A stretch of 64,000 nucleotides of DNA from Octopus vulgaris. Lineage: Eukaryota. Shown in pieces: positions 11,835 to 24,739 of this stretch. The notes under the pieces are model-generated. The model was not told the DNA's origin. It saw only the letters and a program-made list of their open reading frames with translations, and made no database searches. Position numbers and translations under genes: made by a program. The DNA is taken from assembly GCA_951406725.2 (NCBI GenBank), contig OX597819.1, positions 94,798,001-94,862,000 of the forward strand. The letters run 5' to 3'. Position 1 is the first letter of the stretch; every line of letters begins with the position of its first letter.

Positions 11835-13017
11835 GTAAGTTTGGCAGTCTTTGAAGTGAGTTCTGAAACTGTACAATGTACAATTACATCTGTTATGTAT
11901 CATTTCTGTGATGTCTCACAAGGCCATCTAGCTTCAAACTGCACTTGCTGATAGTTGAGAGATTTGCCTAGTATTAAGATATACCTAGGACCCATCTAAT
12001 TTGCAATACAGATATCAATAAATGATTTTAAAAAAATAGTATGTAATTTAATCCAAGCAGTGGCACAACGAGGGTTCTCAGTGCTGAGGAACAATGATAA
12101 TCTTGGTGTTCCCACCTTAATCAACAAGCATGGTGAGAGAGGAAAATTGTATCCCTTCACACCTATGCCTGAGGAACAACTGTCCCTACATCAATTTTTC
12201 CTTGCTTTGTCTTTGAACCTAAATCAGCTTTCATTAGGTTGTTTTATGATCAACAGTATTACAGCATGTGATTGCCTTGTTCCATTTTCAGGATTTAAAG
12301 AACTACATTTTTTACTGTCTTCCTTTATGATAGTAGGATATGATTTTAAGGAGATTTTCTTGCTATTTCAAACAGATTGAGTCACCACCTAGCTCCTCCC
12401 TCAGTAGCTTGAAAATATTATCTTTTCAACTACTTGCACATTCCAATAAATCTTATAATCTTAATTACTTCTAAGAAGTTAATTTTGATTTAACCACTTG
12501 TGTTCCTATAACTAGTCTAATTTCTATAAAATAAATCGTCATTATTACAATTTTAATCATAATTATGTTTATTAAGCTGAAATCAAGAGACAAGCTTAGT
12601 TTGTAAACAAGTTTTGATTTTCAGTTGGTGCCATTTCAGTTTTGAAAATGGCAAGAACACCACACTTCTCTATAAATCTCAGACTAACATGCTTAAGTAA
12701 AAAATATATTATTGTTATTAGTAAGGATGACAGAATCAGTATAGTACTGGACAAAATGCTTTGTGATATTTAGTCTTTACACTCTGAATCTAAATCTTGC
12801 TAGAACTGACTTTGCCTTTTATTCTCTTGGGGTTGATAAAAGCAGAACCATTCAAGTACTGAAGTTTATTTAATTTCCTATGCTCCCGCAAATGTTTTTT
12901 TGTGCCAGTTCAAAAAAAGTCAATAGTAATATAGGAAATCAATATTTGAATTCAAATAAAATTTTAGTCTTCATTTTATTACATTAAGATTTTTTTCTGC
13001 AAAATTTTCTCTTTTAG

Positions 13018-13132
13018 GATTGCTTTCAAAGTATTAGATTTCCCTGATATGACCCTCTGTACAGTTAAGCCTACAGGATTGCACACAATGGCAGCAAGAC
13101 ACCTCATTCATTTGGATTACATATTAATACAG
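13018..13132 (+). CDS. TBRG4: Exon encoding the N-terminal part of the RAP domain
   Basis: ctcttttag acceptor; (R)IAFKVLDFPDMTLCTVKPTGLHTMAARHLIHLDYILIQ; CAG|gtaaat donor; RAP-like pattern G...RHL...Y. Confidence 0.82.
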
Positions 13133-13689
13133 GTAAATATTAACCGTGTAACAACTTACATTGTTTATTGTTTAAATTTTGATAAGTTGTTTTTCATGTT
13201 GGAAGTAAATTTATCAAATGGTCCTTTGCTTGTTTCAAAATAAATAATATTTTCCCATGTCCTGACATGTTTACATGGAAGACTAGAAATGAAGGGCACC
13301 AACTGCAAGGCAGTAACATTTACAACTATCATGCGATGTCAAGGCAAAGAGATAGTAACACACACACATGCATGCACACGCGCGATGAGCTTCTTTCAGT
13401 TTCTCTCTTCCAAACCTACTCATGAAACTTTGGTTCGCCTGGGTCTATAGTAGAAGACACATGCCTAAAGTGCCATACTGTTGGACTGAACCCAGAATCA
13501 TGGGGTTGAGAGACAATGCCACATAGTTGCATCTGTGCTTATAATTAAAAGTAACAATTATCATACCAAAACTTAGAAATGGGGTATTGTTACTAATGCA
13601 ATAGTTATTTAGTCATAAGAACCTTCTTTTCTCAAATGCTGCTTGAAATAGTCAGAGGTGAAATTTATCACATTCATTTAGAAATGCCT

Positions 13690-14200
13690 CAAGTGCCACC
13701 TGACTGGCACCTGTGCTGGTGGCATGTAAAAAGCACCATTCAAGCATGGATGATGCTAGTGCTGCCTGACTGGCACCTGTGCCAGTAGTATGTAAAAAAC
13801 ACCATTTGAGCATGGCCAATGTCAGTGCCACCTGACTGGTACCCATGCTGGTGGCATTCGAGTGTGGCCAATACCAGTGCTACCTGACTGGCACCCATCC
13901 CGGTGGCACATGGAAAGCACCATTTGAGCATGATTGATGCTAGTTCTGCCTGACTGGCACGTAAACAGTACCATTCGAGCATGGCTGATGCCAGTACCAC
14001 CTCACTGGCTCCCATGTCACTGGCACGTAAAAGCACCCACTACGCTCTCAAAATGGTTGGTATTAGGAAGGGCATCCAGCTGTAGAAACCTTGCCAAATC
14101 AGTTTTGATCCTGCTGCAGCCTCCGGGCTTGCCAGTTCTCAGTCAAACTGTCTGACCCATGCCACCATGGTAAGTTAAATGAGAGTGATGATGATGATGA
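13690..14200 (+). mobile_element. RTE 3' UTR relic with degenerate tandem repeats and (GAT)n tail
   Basis: Repeated GTGCCACCTGACTGGCACC...AAAAGCACCATT units, then AGGAAGGGCATCCAGCTGTAGAAAC...CCCATGCC...GATGATGA. Confidence 0.75.
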
Positions 14201-14209
14201 CTTAAAATA

Positions 14210-15435
14210 TTAGGTTGTCAAGAAAGTTCTTGTGGTTTTTAACCTTTAAATTCAGATGCACATATCTCAGCTCAAACAAAACTTTATCAATTAAAATAAA
14301 CACCATCAAAATCAACATACTTTTGCCAACGTGAAACAAGTTTATTTTAAAAAAATCCTGCAATCTGGTGGCGATGAAGTCGTTGAAGGTGTGTTTGGCA
14401 TTGTCTTGGTTTTTTAATCATTTCTCATGCAGGAAGTTGTCAAGATGCTTGAAGAAGTGGTAGTCGGTAGGTGAGAGGTCTGGTGAGTATGGCAGATGAG
14501 GCAGAGTTTCGTAGTCTGATTCATTCAACTTCTGTAGGGTCAGTTGTGCGACGTGTGGCTGAACGTTGTCGTGGAGAAGAATTGGTCCTTTTCTATTGAC
14601 CAATATTGGTTGTTTGTATTGGAGATTCTTATGCATTTCATCCATTTGCTGACAAATCCATCGTAATGGTTTCACCTGGATCCAAAAAGCTGTGATGGAT
14701 GAGACTGGCTGCAGACCACCAAACAGTCACCATGACCTTCTTTTGATGCAACTTTGGCTTCGGGAAGTGCCGTGGAGCTTTGTCAGCATCCAATCACTGA
14801 GCTGAGCGTCACTGGTTGTTGTAAAGAATCCACTTTTTATCACAAGTCACAATCCGGTCGAGAAACGGGTCATTCTTGCTGTGTAAAAGAAGGGAAGACG
14901 ACACTTCAAAGCAGTGTATTTTTGTTTTCCATTCTCTTTCAAGTGATTGGAAATTGTTGTATACTTTACATCTAATTCAGAAGCAAGCTCTTGAATAGTT
15001 GTGCATGGATTGGCTTCGACTAAGGCTCTTAGTTGATCGTTGTCAATATCCGATGGCCAACCACTATGCATATCATCTTCAAGACTCTTGTCACCACTAC
15101 GAAATTTCTTGAACCACCATTGTGCTGTACGTTCATTAGTGGTTCCTGGGCCAAACACATCGTTGATATCACGAGCTGTTTCAGCAGCTTTTCAGCCTAG
15201 CTTGAACCAGAATAAGAAAATTGTGCGAATTTGCTTTTTGTCCATGTTGTATTCAACGTTCTGGAAAAAATGGCCTAATTATTCAAAAAGAAAAAAGAGT
15301 AACACTGTTAGATAGAGCGAAAAACAGGCTTTAAAATGGTATATAAAGTCAAAGTAATTTAAGGAAAATTAATTTCAAAATACATCATTTAAAACCAAAA
15401 TTAGAAATTCCACAAGAACTTTCTTGACAACCTAA
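14210..15435 (-). mobile_element. Full-length Hsmar1-like (cecropia-type) mariner transposon with inactivated transposase
   Basis: Perfect 26-bp TIRs TTAGGTTGTCAAGAAAGTTCTTGTGG flanked by TA; transposase from ATG at 15245 reads MDKKQIRTIFLF...QWWFKKF...LLHDNVQPH...YSPDLSPTDY, with a stop and a deletion. Confidence 0.93.
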
Positions 15436-15579
15436 TACTTCATTACTGCATCCACTGCTATTTGTGTTTCACATGGTTCATATGAATAGTTTTCTTTTCT
15501 TTCCTTCTATATTACTCATTTTTCTTTTCTTTTTTTATTTTGTTTCTTATTTAATCAAAATTACTTTTTAACTTTGCAG

Positions 15580-15672
15580 GTCCCTTATACTGAATTCAGT
15601 GATCGTTTGACAACTGTGAAAAAAATGCAGTACCTTCAACGTAGGATCAGATCAGCTATTGCTTCTTCCTAA
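15580..15672 (+). CDS. TBRG4: Terminal exon of TBRG4/FASTKD4-like gene (end of RAP domain)
   Basis: tttgcag acceptor, phase 0; VPYTEFSDRLTTVKKMQYLQRRIRSAIASS*; matches the RAP C-terminal pattern VPyxE...YL. Confidence 0.82.
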   Translation, partial: VPYTEFSDRLTTVKKMQYLQRRIRSAIASS

Positions 15673-16998
15673 GGAAGAAATGACTGTGAAAACTCCATTC
15701 TTATAACATTGGCTCTCAATTCTGGTCTGTTTGTAAGCGAATGTTTTATATAGAGTTTAATGAGAAAATGAAAAAATAGACTTAAATCAGAAACTGAATG
15801 GTTGAACAAAATGTGTTTAATATTTGAGTGGTTTTAAAAGTCTATTTAGCAATTATTATTATTATTATTACCATCATTATCATCATGCGTTTATTTATAA
15901 AACATTTGTATTTTCTTCTTTTTTTTCTATTTGACAAACTTTTTTTACATTTCTATCATTGTTGCATTTTACAGTTAGGTAAATTGTGTCATTCCCCCAC
16001 AGTATCACAAGATCTTGATTCTCCTAAGCTAATTCAAAGGCCATACATGAGATATTTATTCATGCATAGACATATGGGAGAGGCGAAATAGCTGTGTGAT
16101 AACATATTGGACTGCCACTTCATGGTTAATGAGTTCAAACTCACTGCAAGTCTTTCATTGTGTCTCCTAGGAAAGACACTTTACTCTACGTGCCTCAGTT
16201 TACCTAACTGTTGAAAATAGATACCAGATGTCCTGAGAAAGTTACATCAGTAGACTGGAAGGAAAGAGAAAGAGAGAGTGTGTGTGTGTGTGTGAGCGAG
16301 AGAGAGATTTGTCACTTATCTACTTAACACTAGAGAACCCAGAAATTAGTACCAGCCCCTTGAAAGTTGGGCATCAGAAGATGAAACCTCTCTTTTATAA
16401 TGATACAGTAGTTGTAGTAGACTATAACATTTATAAAATATTTTTAAAAAATCAAGGGTTGAACTGATTTTCTGGAACAGCATCTTGTACTTCATGATGA
16501 TCAAAGACAACAATAAATACGATCATTAATAGACATCGTATTTAAATGTGACAAGTAAGTCGCACATTTGGAAAAACATGTTTGTTGAATATTTGTTTGT
16601 AAAATGCCGAACTGTTCAATATTTAGTGTCAGTTGAAAGAGTATGTATAATGAATGTGGATTAACTTGCACCATGATTAGTATATGAGCAACTGAATATG
16701 TCAGTTGTTGAGAGATATAAAGACAACCAGTGTTTACAAAAAGATTTTTGTGTGTGTGTAGTTATTTATCCTTACATACATGCAAAGATATCTTACCAAC
16801 AAACACAGTGAAACAAATACATTTGAAAATATCAGTGTTTTAATATATTAATATGTGTCTCTAAATGCATGGGTAAACACACATATGTGTATAAAATACT
16901 GAGACATTTATCTAAATATATATATCTATATGTTAGTGTGTGTGTATACATATATATGTGTGTGTGTGTGTATGTGTACACACACATACACACACACA

Positions 16999-18210
16999 CA
17001 GAATGTCTATAAATTACTTTTACAATTTTAAAAATTCGGGGGAAAATGGAGAATAAGGCAAATAAATACATCTTCATTAGAAACATCAGAATGCTTCCAT
17101 GTAGACTCCATTGACTGCATGCAGTACATCTAGTTGATGCTCAGTTTCTGGCCATGTGTGTTGGAGCATCTTCTCATCAATGTTGGATGTAGCTTGGTGT
17201 AATTTTTCTTTGTGATCATTGAAGTCCTTCCTGCACTTTTGTACAATAGACTTTGACTTTATGTAGCCCCCATAAGAAAAAGGGATTATATCTGGTGACT
17301 TAGGTGAGCTGGACCACCACGTCTTCCACTCCACTGTTTGGGAAAGTTTCATTAAGAAACTCTCAAACACTCAGCCTTTAATGGGACAGCACACTGTCTT
17401 GTTGGAAAATAACTGTTGGATGCAACTGTGGTGCAACAAATTCTTTTAAAAGATGAAGGTATGTGTTGGAAGTATTTGTTTCTTCTGCAAAGGAAAATGG
17501 GCCAATCACTTGATCAAACATGAAGTCATTCCAAGTATTGACTTTGGGGCTGTTTCTCTCCAGTCCTCTTGTTTCATGTGAGGTTTCTGAGCTCCAGATC
17601 CTGATGTTGTGCTTGTTTATCATTTCTGATACATGAAACAAATCTTTTGAAGGGAGCCTTCATCTGCAACTAATCAAGCTAACATGTCCACCGCAAATTG
17701 TTTACTTAGGGGTTTGACATCTGGTAAAAGTTGCACTATATAAACATAAAGCCTCAAGTTCTTGTGCAAAACTTTGTGTATTATTGACCATGGTAAATTT
17801 AACTATCTACTTGCTGTACAAATGGACTTAGTAGGACCACAATGAAATGCTGCCCGAATTCACTCAACATTTTGCACAGATGTTCTAGGTTGTTCAGCCC
17901 CTGTTTTCTGTAGGATGTTTCCTGTTTTCATAAGCTTTTTATGCCAGACACGGATACTTACATGAGTTAGTGGGGTTTTCTTCCATACATTGTATGGTAA
18001 TTCCATTGAACCTGAGTGCCTATCTGATTTGGTCTCTATGTACCAGGATACACATGGCACTTTCTCTTGTGGTGTTGTCATTTTCATTAAAAGTCAGTGA
18101 TAATAATGAACACATTTAAAGACAAAATTTTAATATTTATTTAACATGCAAAGAAGTTGATTGATGAAGCTAAATTGTGGAAGTTATGAAGAAAATTTAC
18201 AAACACCCTG
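16999..18210 (-). mobile_element. Degenerate Tc1/mariner-superfamily DNA transposon
   Basis: Fragments MTTPQEK...WYIETKS, FHVSEMINKHNIRIW, IGPFSF, FQQDS, SPDIIP; degenerate TIRs CAGGGTGTTTGTAAATT and CAGAATGTCTATAAATT. Confidence 0.75.
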
Positions 18211-19248
18211 TATGTGTATATATGTGTGTGTGTGTGTGTATGTACACATACACACACATATATAAAATGTTTCTTTAATAGGTGTGTATATATATGTGTT
18301 TGTGTAGATATAGATTCATATACACATACATAGATATATATGTAAGTGCATACATATAATACATGTTCACATATACACATAATTATATATACCAATGTAT
18401 ATATACATGCGTATGTGTGTGTCTGTTTGTGTCTTCTTATCTTGACATCATGTGATAGTTGTAAGCAAACATCACCCTAATGCAAGCAGTGTTAGTCATT
18501 GCCAGTCTTCTGTGAAAAACATGTCTAAGTCAAATTATTACTTTACCTGAAAACAAGTGAGGATTGGTGACAGTAAGGGCATCAGGCTGTAGAAAATTTG
18601 TCTCAAAAAATGATGCCCAACCCATGCAAATATGGGAAAGTGGACATTAAAATGACGATGATGTTGATATTTATATGTATATTTTGTATGTCATCATCAT
18701 CACTATTTTAATGTCAACTTTCCTAGGCTTACTTGGCTCAGACAGAATTTGTTCAGGTAGCCATGTTTTTCATGAAACATTGGAAGCAAATAATGTTGCT
18801 TGTATGGTGGCAGCTCATTTACAACAATTGCTTGATGTCAAAACAAGGAGGCGTTCCACTCACGAATACATACATATGACATGTATGACAGGTGTTGTGA
18901 TGAGTCACAATTTCATGATTGCCAATTCAAAGCTATCACAATATGGAGGGACATAGTACTATCATGTCATTGCCTTGATTCTAACTGGTGTGTGAAAATT
19001 TACTCCTTTTTATGAAAAGAGTATAGCTCAAACTGATGTCACTGAAGATACAGGTTGATTGACTGATGATGATCACAAGGCCAGGCATAGAATTTGATTG
19101 ACTATGTTTGATAAAAAAGACTGAAATAAGTATGTGTGTTAATACATATATACCTAACAGAAATATACATATATGTTTATGTTTATACTAGATGCATATA
19201 ATATGTATACACACACATACACATATTACAAATAAATATGTCTTTGTA

Positions 19249-19300
<52 letters not shown>

Positions 19301-19884
19301 TATATATATATAGAGGGAGAGAGGGAGAGAGAGAGAAGGAGGGAGAAAGAGAGGTACATAATATATACTTATTTAATATATACATATATATATATATACA
19401 TGATATAAGTAGTTTTATATTTATAGATACTTGTGTACATTTTTACACATACACATGTGTATATTTTTTTTACATATATATGAATATACATATATGTATG
19501 TGTACACACACACACACAAACATTCATATATATACGGATATCTTTTCACATACATATATATATATATGTAGCAATTACAGTGTGTACGACAGATATTAGC
19601 CATTTGAAAACATGCAGAAGCTATTAACTTTACTGAAAATAAAAAAAATATTTTGGTGGTATTAATAGTCTTTGTGTGTTTTCAAATGGTTAATATGTGT
19701 CTTCCACAGTGCAGTTATATAAGTTTCAACTCACAGTCTCAGATTAAATAACTTGCCTGGCAAGTATACCTCTGAAATGTGTGTGTGTGTGTGTATGTAT
19801 ATATATATATATACCGGAGTAAACACATAAATGTGAAACAAGGTGGAAAAAAGAGTACTCAAATACCAGAGGTAGAGTAATATG

Positions 19885-20007
19885 CTTTATTCAAAAGCAG
19901 CAGAAATTTAACAAAAGCTGTTACTCGGAGTTTCACGTTCCCTACAAACGGGAACGTGAAACCCAGAGTAACAGCTTTTGTTAAATTTCTGCTGCTTTTA
20001 AATAAAG
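19885..20007. repeat. Near-perfect palindrome (~58-bp arms, 7-nt loop) within (TA)n
   Basis: CTTTATTCAAAAGCAGCAGAAATTTAACAAAAGCTGTTACTC...GTTTCACGTTCCC tacaaac GGGAACGTGAAAC...GAGTAACAGCTTTTGTTAAATTTCTGCTGCTTTTAAATAAAG. Confidence 0.9.
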
Positions 20008-20102
20008 TACATATATATATATATATATATATATAGATGTATGTATATTTTTACATATATATATGCATGTATATACACGTATGTGTGTGTATGTACATAT
20101 GT

Positions 20103-20134
<32 letters not shown>

Positions 20135-20209
20135 GCGCACACACACACACACACACAAAATGTTTTTATTGTTCATTCTTTAATACATGTATGTGTGTGT
20201 GTGAGTGCA

Positions 20210-20243
<34 letters not shown>

Positions 20244-22218
20244 TGTATATATAAATATCTGCATGTGTGTATACGTGTGTGTGTGTGTGAGTACACACAC
20301 ATGTACAATCGTAGGTACATATGTGTATTATACATAAATTCAATCATATACTAATGAATGAACTAGTAAAAAATTTACGTTGAAAATATGTCTTTTGACA
20401 TGATCTTTATTTATTCTTATTCACTGACTTATTTTATTCCTACCATTTTCCTATTGATTACCTTTATACTTACATATTTTCTCCACCCATTCAATCTTTC
20501 TTTTTATGTAATATTTAACTTAAGGTAGAAATTCTTTCCCCAAAAATGTCTCTATAGTAATTTTTGTATCAGAGATTTGTTTTAGACCTTTGATACAAAA
20601 ATTTTAGTTTTGTCTTCTAGACATGAGACTCACTTCGGCTGTAATCACATTTGACTGCTTTCTTCTAATTTGTTTTCCTTATCTATTTCCTACACACACA
20701 TTGACAGATGGTTACTCTGTAAATATTGCTTTTGTTTTTTGACTTACTTTATTGCTCTTTAATTGATATTTCTGATTTTGGCATCTTGCCATCTAGCTTA
20801 CACACAATCCATATTACCTTCACCATTATTAGTATTTCTTTTAAAGGTAGCAAGTTGGTTATTGGATCAACTATACCTGTTTCTTACAGAAAATTATCTT
20901 GTGTCTAAACACAATTAATCATCATTGTTATTTTATTAAGGGTAGCAAGTTAGCAGAACTGATATAGTGCTTGACTAAATACCCTTTAGTATTTAATTTT
21001 ACTTCTCTACAGTCTGAGTTCAAATTCCACCAGGGGCAACTTTGCCTTTCGTCTCTTGAGAGCTGATTAATTAAGTACCAGGCATGTTCTGGGGTTGATT
21101 AAATTGACTGTTTACTTCTTGCAAAAATGTGTGGCTCCCCAAACTTAGAGACACGCATGCACACACACACACATACATACAGACATAATATTAAAATTAA
21201 CTAGACTGTTTATTTCATATTGCTCAGTGTTAAAAACTAAATAAAATGTAATCATTAAAAAATTGAAAGAAACAAAAAAAAAACAAAACAAAACAAAAAT
21301 GCCTTGTACTTCTTATTTCATCTTCCATATATTTACTTGGCAACTAGTGTAATCCAGGTCATAAACCATTGACAGCAGAAGGAAGAAAGAAAAGAAAAGG
21401 AATCCACTGTCACCATCTTCGCTATTAAGGCTTCACAGCCTGGTAAGTTTAATCCTGAAAGATGTAATAAATTAATAAAGGTAGTAATAGTAGGGGAAGA
21501 AACTACTTTTCTATTGCTATTATAACAATCTTTGCTCTTTTGAATTAGCTAGCTTTATACCCTTTCCACCTGTCAGGTTATTTTTCTCCATTATATTTAA
21601 TATGCTTCATCTAGACTCTTCGTCATAATTGTAATCTGGAATTTCCTCTCTCTCATTTTTCCAGTTGTCATCATCATCACCATCATCGTTTAACATCCGT
21701 TTTCCATGCTAGCATGGGTTGGATAGTTCAACTGGGCTCTGGGAAGCCAGAAGGCTGCGCCAGGCCCAGTCTGATCTGGCAATGTTTCTACAGCCGGATG
21801 CCCTTCCTAACGCCAACCACTCCGTGAGTGTAGTGGGTGCTTTTTACGTGCCACCTGCACAGGTGCTAGACGAGGCTGGCAAACGGCCGCGATTGGATGG
21901 TGCTTTATACATGCCACCAGCATGCAAATATCTAAGCTAAAAATTACCTGCATATATCTCACCACTCTGGAAAAATCTAAACAGGTCATTCTTTTAACTA
22001 ATAACATATAACAGTAAAGCATGTATCTATTCAAGCCAAGTTGATTGGATTAATAGCTGAAGAATTTGCAATTGCTAACTCTTCAAAAACCCACAATTCT
22101 AAACTGGTGTTTCAGATAGTACATCTTCCCACTGTAAGCTAAAGTGAAACTGAGAAGCTCTATCACTGATACATTTCATGAACCAATGAGAAAGTGATTC
22201 TCATTGATTCAAGGAAAA

Positions 22219-23992
22219 TTTGAATGAGATGCAGTTTGGTTTTGTGTCAGAGAAAAGCACTACTGATGCTATCTTCTTAACAAGCCAATTGCAGGGGAAG
22301 TATTTAGCCAAGAATAACCTCTGTACTTGGCTTTTGTTGTTGGAGAAAGCCTTTGACAGAGATCCCCCACTCCCTCATATGGTGGTCAATATGGAAACTA
22401 AGGATAGATGTGTGGTTGGTTAGAGCTGTATAAGCCATGTACAGTGATGTTGTCAGTAAGGTATAAGTTGGCAATGATTATAGCAATGAATGTAGTGTAC
22501 AAGTAGGAGTTCACCAAGGATCAGTTCTTGTTTATCATTGTCCTCCAGGCCATAACAGAGGAATTCAAGACAGGCTGCCCTTGGGAGCTCTCTATGCTGA
22601 TGACCTTGTTCTTGTAACTAAATCACTACCTGAACTAGAGAGGAAATTTCAGGTGTGGGAGCAAGGTCTGGAATTGAAGGACCTTTGAGTTAATTTAGCT
22701 AAGACCAAGGTCCTAGTATGTAGGAAAGGAGACAAATCACAAATCTCTTCAGGGAGATGGCCCTGCTCAATATGTCGGAAAGGTGTTGGTAGAAATGCCA
22801 TACAGTGTACCTAGTGTAAGCTATGGACACAAAGCACAGTGGTATCACAGGATGGTTAACAGAGAAAGTAGTCATTGTGTGTAACAAGCATGCAAGTAAA
22901 CTAAACATTGAGAAGGCACAAAGAATAGACTTCCTCAAATATCTGGGGCTTTCTTAGAAGTAGTGAGTAACTTTTGTTGCCTAGATGGCCAAGTTAGCAG
23001 TGGAGGAGCAAGTTCTGAAAGCATAGTTGCTAGAATAAGAACAGGCTGGGCAAAATTCAGAAATGTTGGTAACAAAGGCTTTCTCCCTAAAAGTAGATTG
23101 TATGATGCCTGTGTATGTACAGCTATGCTGCATGGTTGTGAAACATGGGCTGTGTCTACAGAGGGCACCACATGAAGGCTTGAAAGAAATGAAGCCTGCA
23201 TACCCTGCTGGATGGGTAAATTTAAGTGTGCATTACAGCAGAGTGTAAATGAATTAAGAGAAAAATTGGATATAAGAGGCATCAGATGCTGCATGCAAGA
23301 GAGAAGACTGTGCTGGTATGGTCATGTGATGCATATGGATGAGGGCAGCTGCATCAAGAAGTGCTGATAACTAACTGTTGAGAGAACCTGTGGAAGTAGA
23401 TCCAGGAAGATATGGGATGAAGTAGTGAGAAAGGATTTTCAGACTTTGAGCCTCGCTGAGGAGATGACAAGGGACCAGGACTTGTGGTAATTTACTGCAC
23501 TTGACATGTCAAACCAAGTAAAATCACAGCCATCTTTACATACAGGCATGTTCTTTATGGCTATGCCTCCTACTCTCTCTCTCTCAGCTGAGAGGTCTTT
23601 GTCTTGTGAGCTTGTGGGGGCTGGTGCCATGCAAAATGCACTCATTTCAGTGTCACATAAAAATCACTTATATAAATGTCACATAAAATGCACTTGTGCT
23701 GGTGTCACATACAAAATAACCCTTGGTGTCATGTAGAAAAGAATCTGTGCTGATGCCATGTAAGTAGCACTTGTGCCAGTGTCACATTGAAAGTACCTGT
23801 GCTGGTACCACATAAAAACACTCATTCCAGTGTCACATACAAAGCACTCTTATCGGTGCCATGTAAAAAGCACCCAGTACATTCTGTAAAGTGGTTGGAA
23901 TTAAGAAGGACATCCAGCTGTAGAAACCAAGTCAAAACAAACTATGGAACCTTGTGCAGCTTCTGTCAAGGCATCTAACCCATGCCAGCATG
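22219..23992 (+). mobile_element. Old 5'-truncated RTE LINE
   Basis: NEMQFGFVSEKSTTDAIFL through MLHGCETWAV and EEMTRDQDLW, then a repetitive 3' UTR; many frameshifts. Confidence 0.9.
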
Positions 23993-24074
23993 TCTTCAAG
24001 CCATACAGGATCTCACTTTGCTGGGTCTAAAGTGAGATCATATATATATATATGTGTGTGTGTATGTGTGCAAG

Positions 24075-24355
24075 TGGAAGCACATGGCCCTTGGGGCCTA
24101 CAATTGTGAGGTTGTGAGTTTGATACCTGGACCAGGCTATGTGTTCTTGAGCAAAACATTATTTCATGTTGTTTGAGTTCACTCACCTTTAGAAATGAAT
24201 TGTGACATCACTGGTGTCAAACAGTATCAGCCTTTGTTTTTCGCTTGGAGGGCATCAGTGGCATGGAATAGGGAGACTGGTATGCATGGGCAGACAACCT
24301 TGCTTTGGAGGGTAACTTTGTAGGTGCAATCCCATAGTCATTTGTGACCAAAAGA
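24075..24355 (+). mobile_element. tRNA-derived SINE (third family)
   Basis: Similar to 61245-61560; the head is also related to 60358-60680 and 59805-59910. Confidence 0.7.
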
Positions 24356-24399
24356 GATTATGTATATGTGTGTGTGTGTATATATATATATAGAAGAAC

Positions 24400-24472
<73 letters not shown>

Positions 24473-24739
24473 GAACAAAATGTGACCTCGTGTGTACTGT
24501 TGGCGATTTTTTTTCCCTCTGTCTTCCCTTCTCTGGATCTTTTCTTCTCCTATGTTTCCAACGAAGAGCTCCGCTCGAAATGTTAAACCCTCCTTCTTTC
24601 CTGAGTGTCTAATAATACTATATTTGTTCCACGTCCTCGCGTTGTGTTTTTTTGTGCTTTCTTGTTTGGATTAACTTTATAGAAGAACAAACTTAGTTAG
24701 AAATGGATGCGTGCGTTCTGTCGTGTAATAAATTGATAA

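Noticed and set aside
13690-14040. Regularly spaced repeats resembling a CRISPR array
   Set aside because: The units are degenerate tandem copies without unique spacers, run directly into an RTE 3' tail, and sit in eukaryotic DNA with no cas genes.
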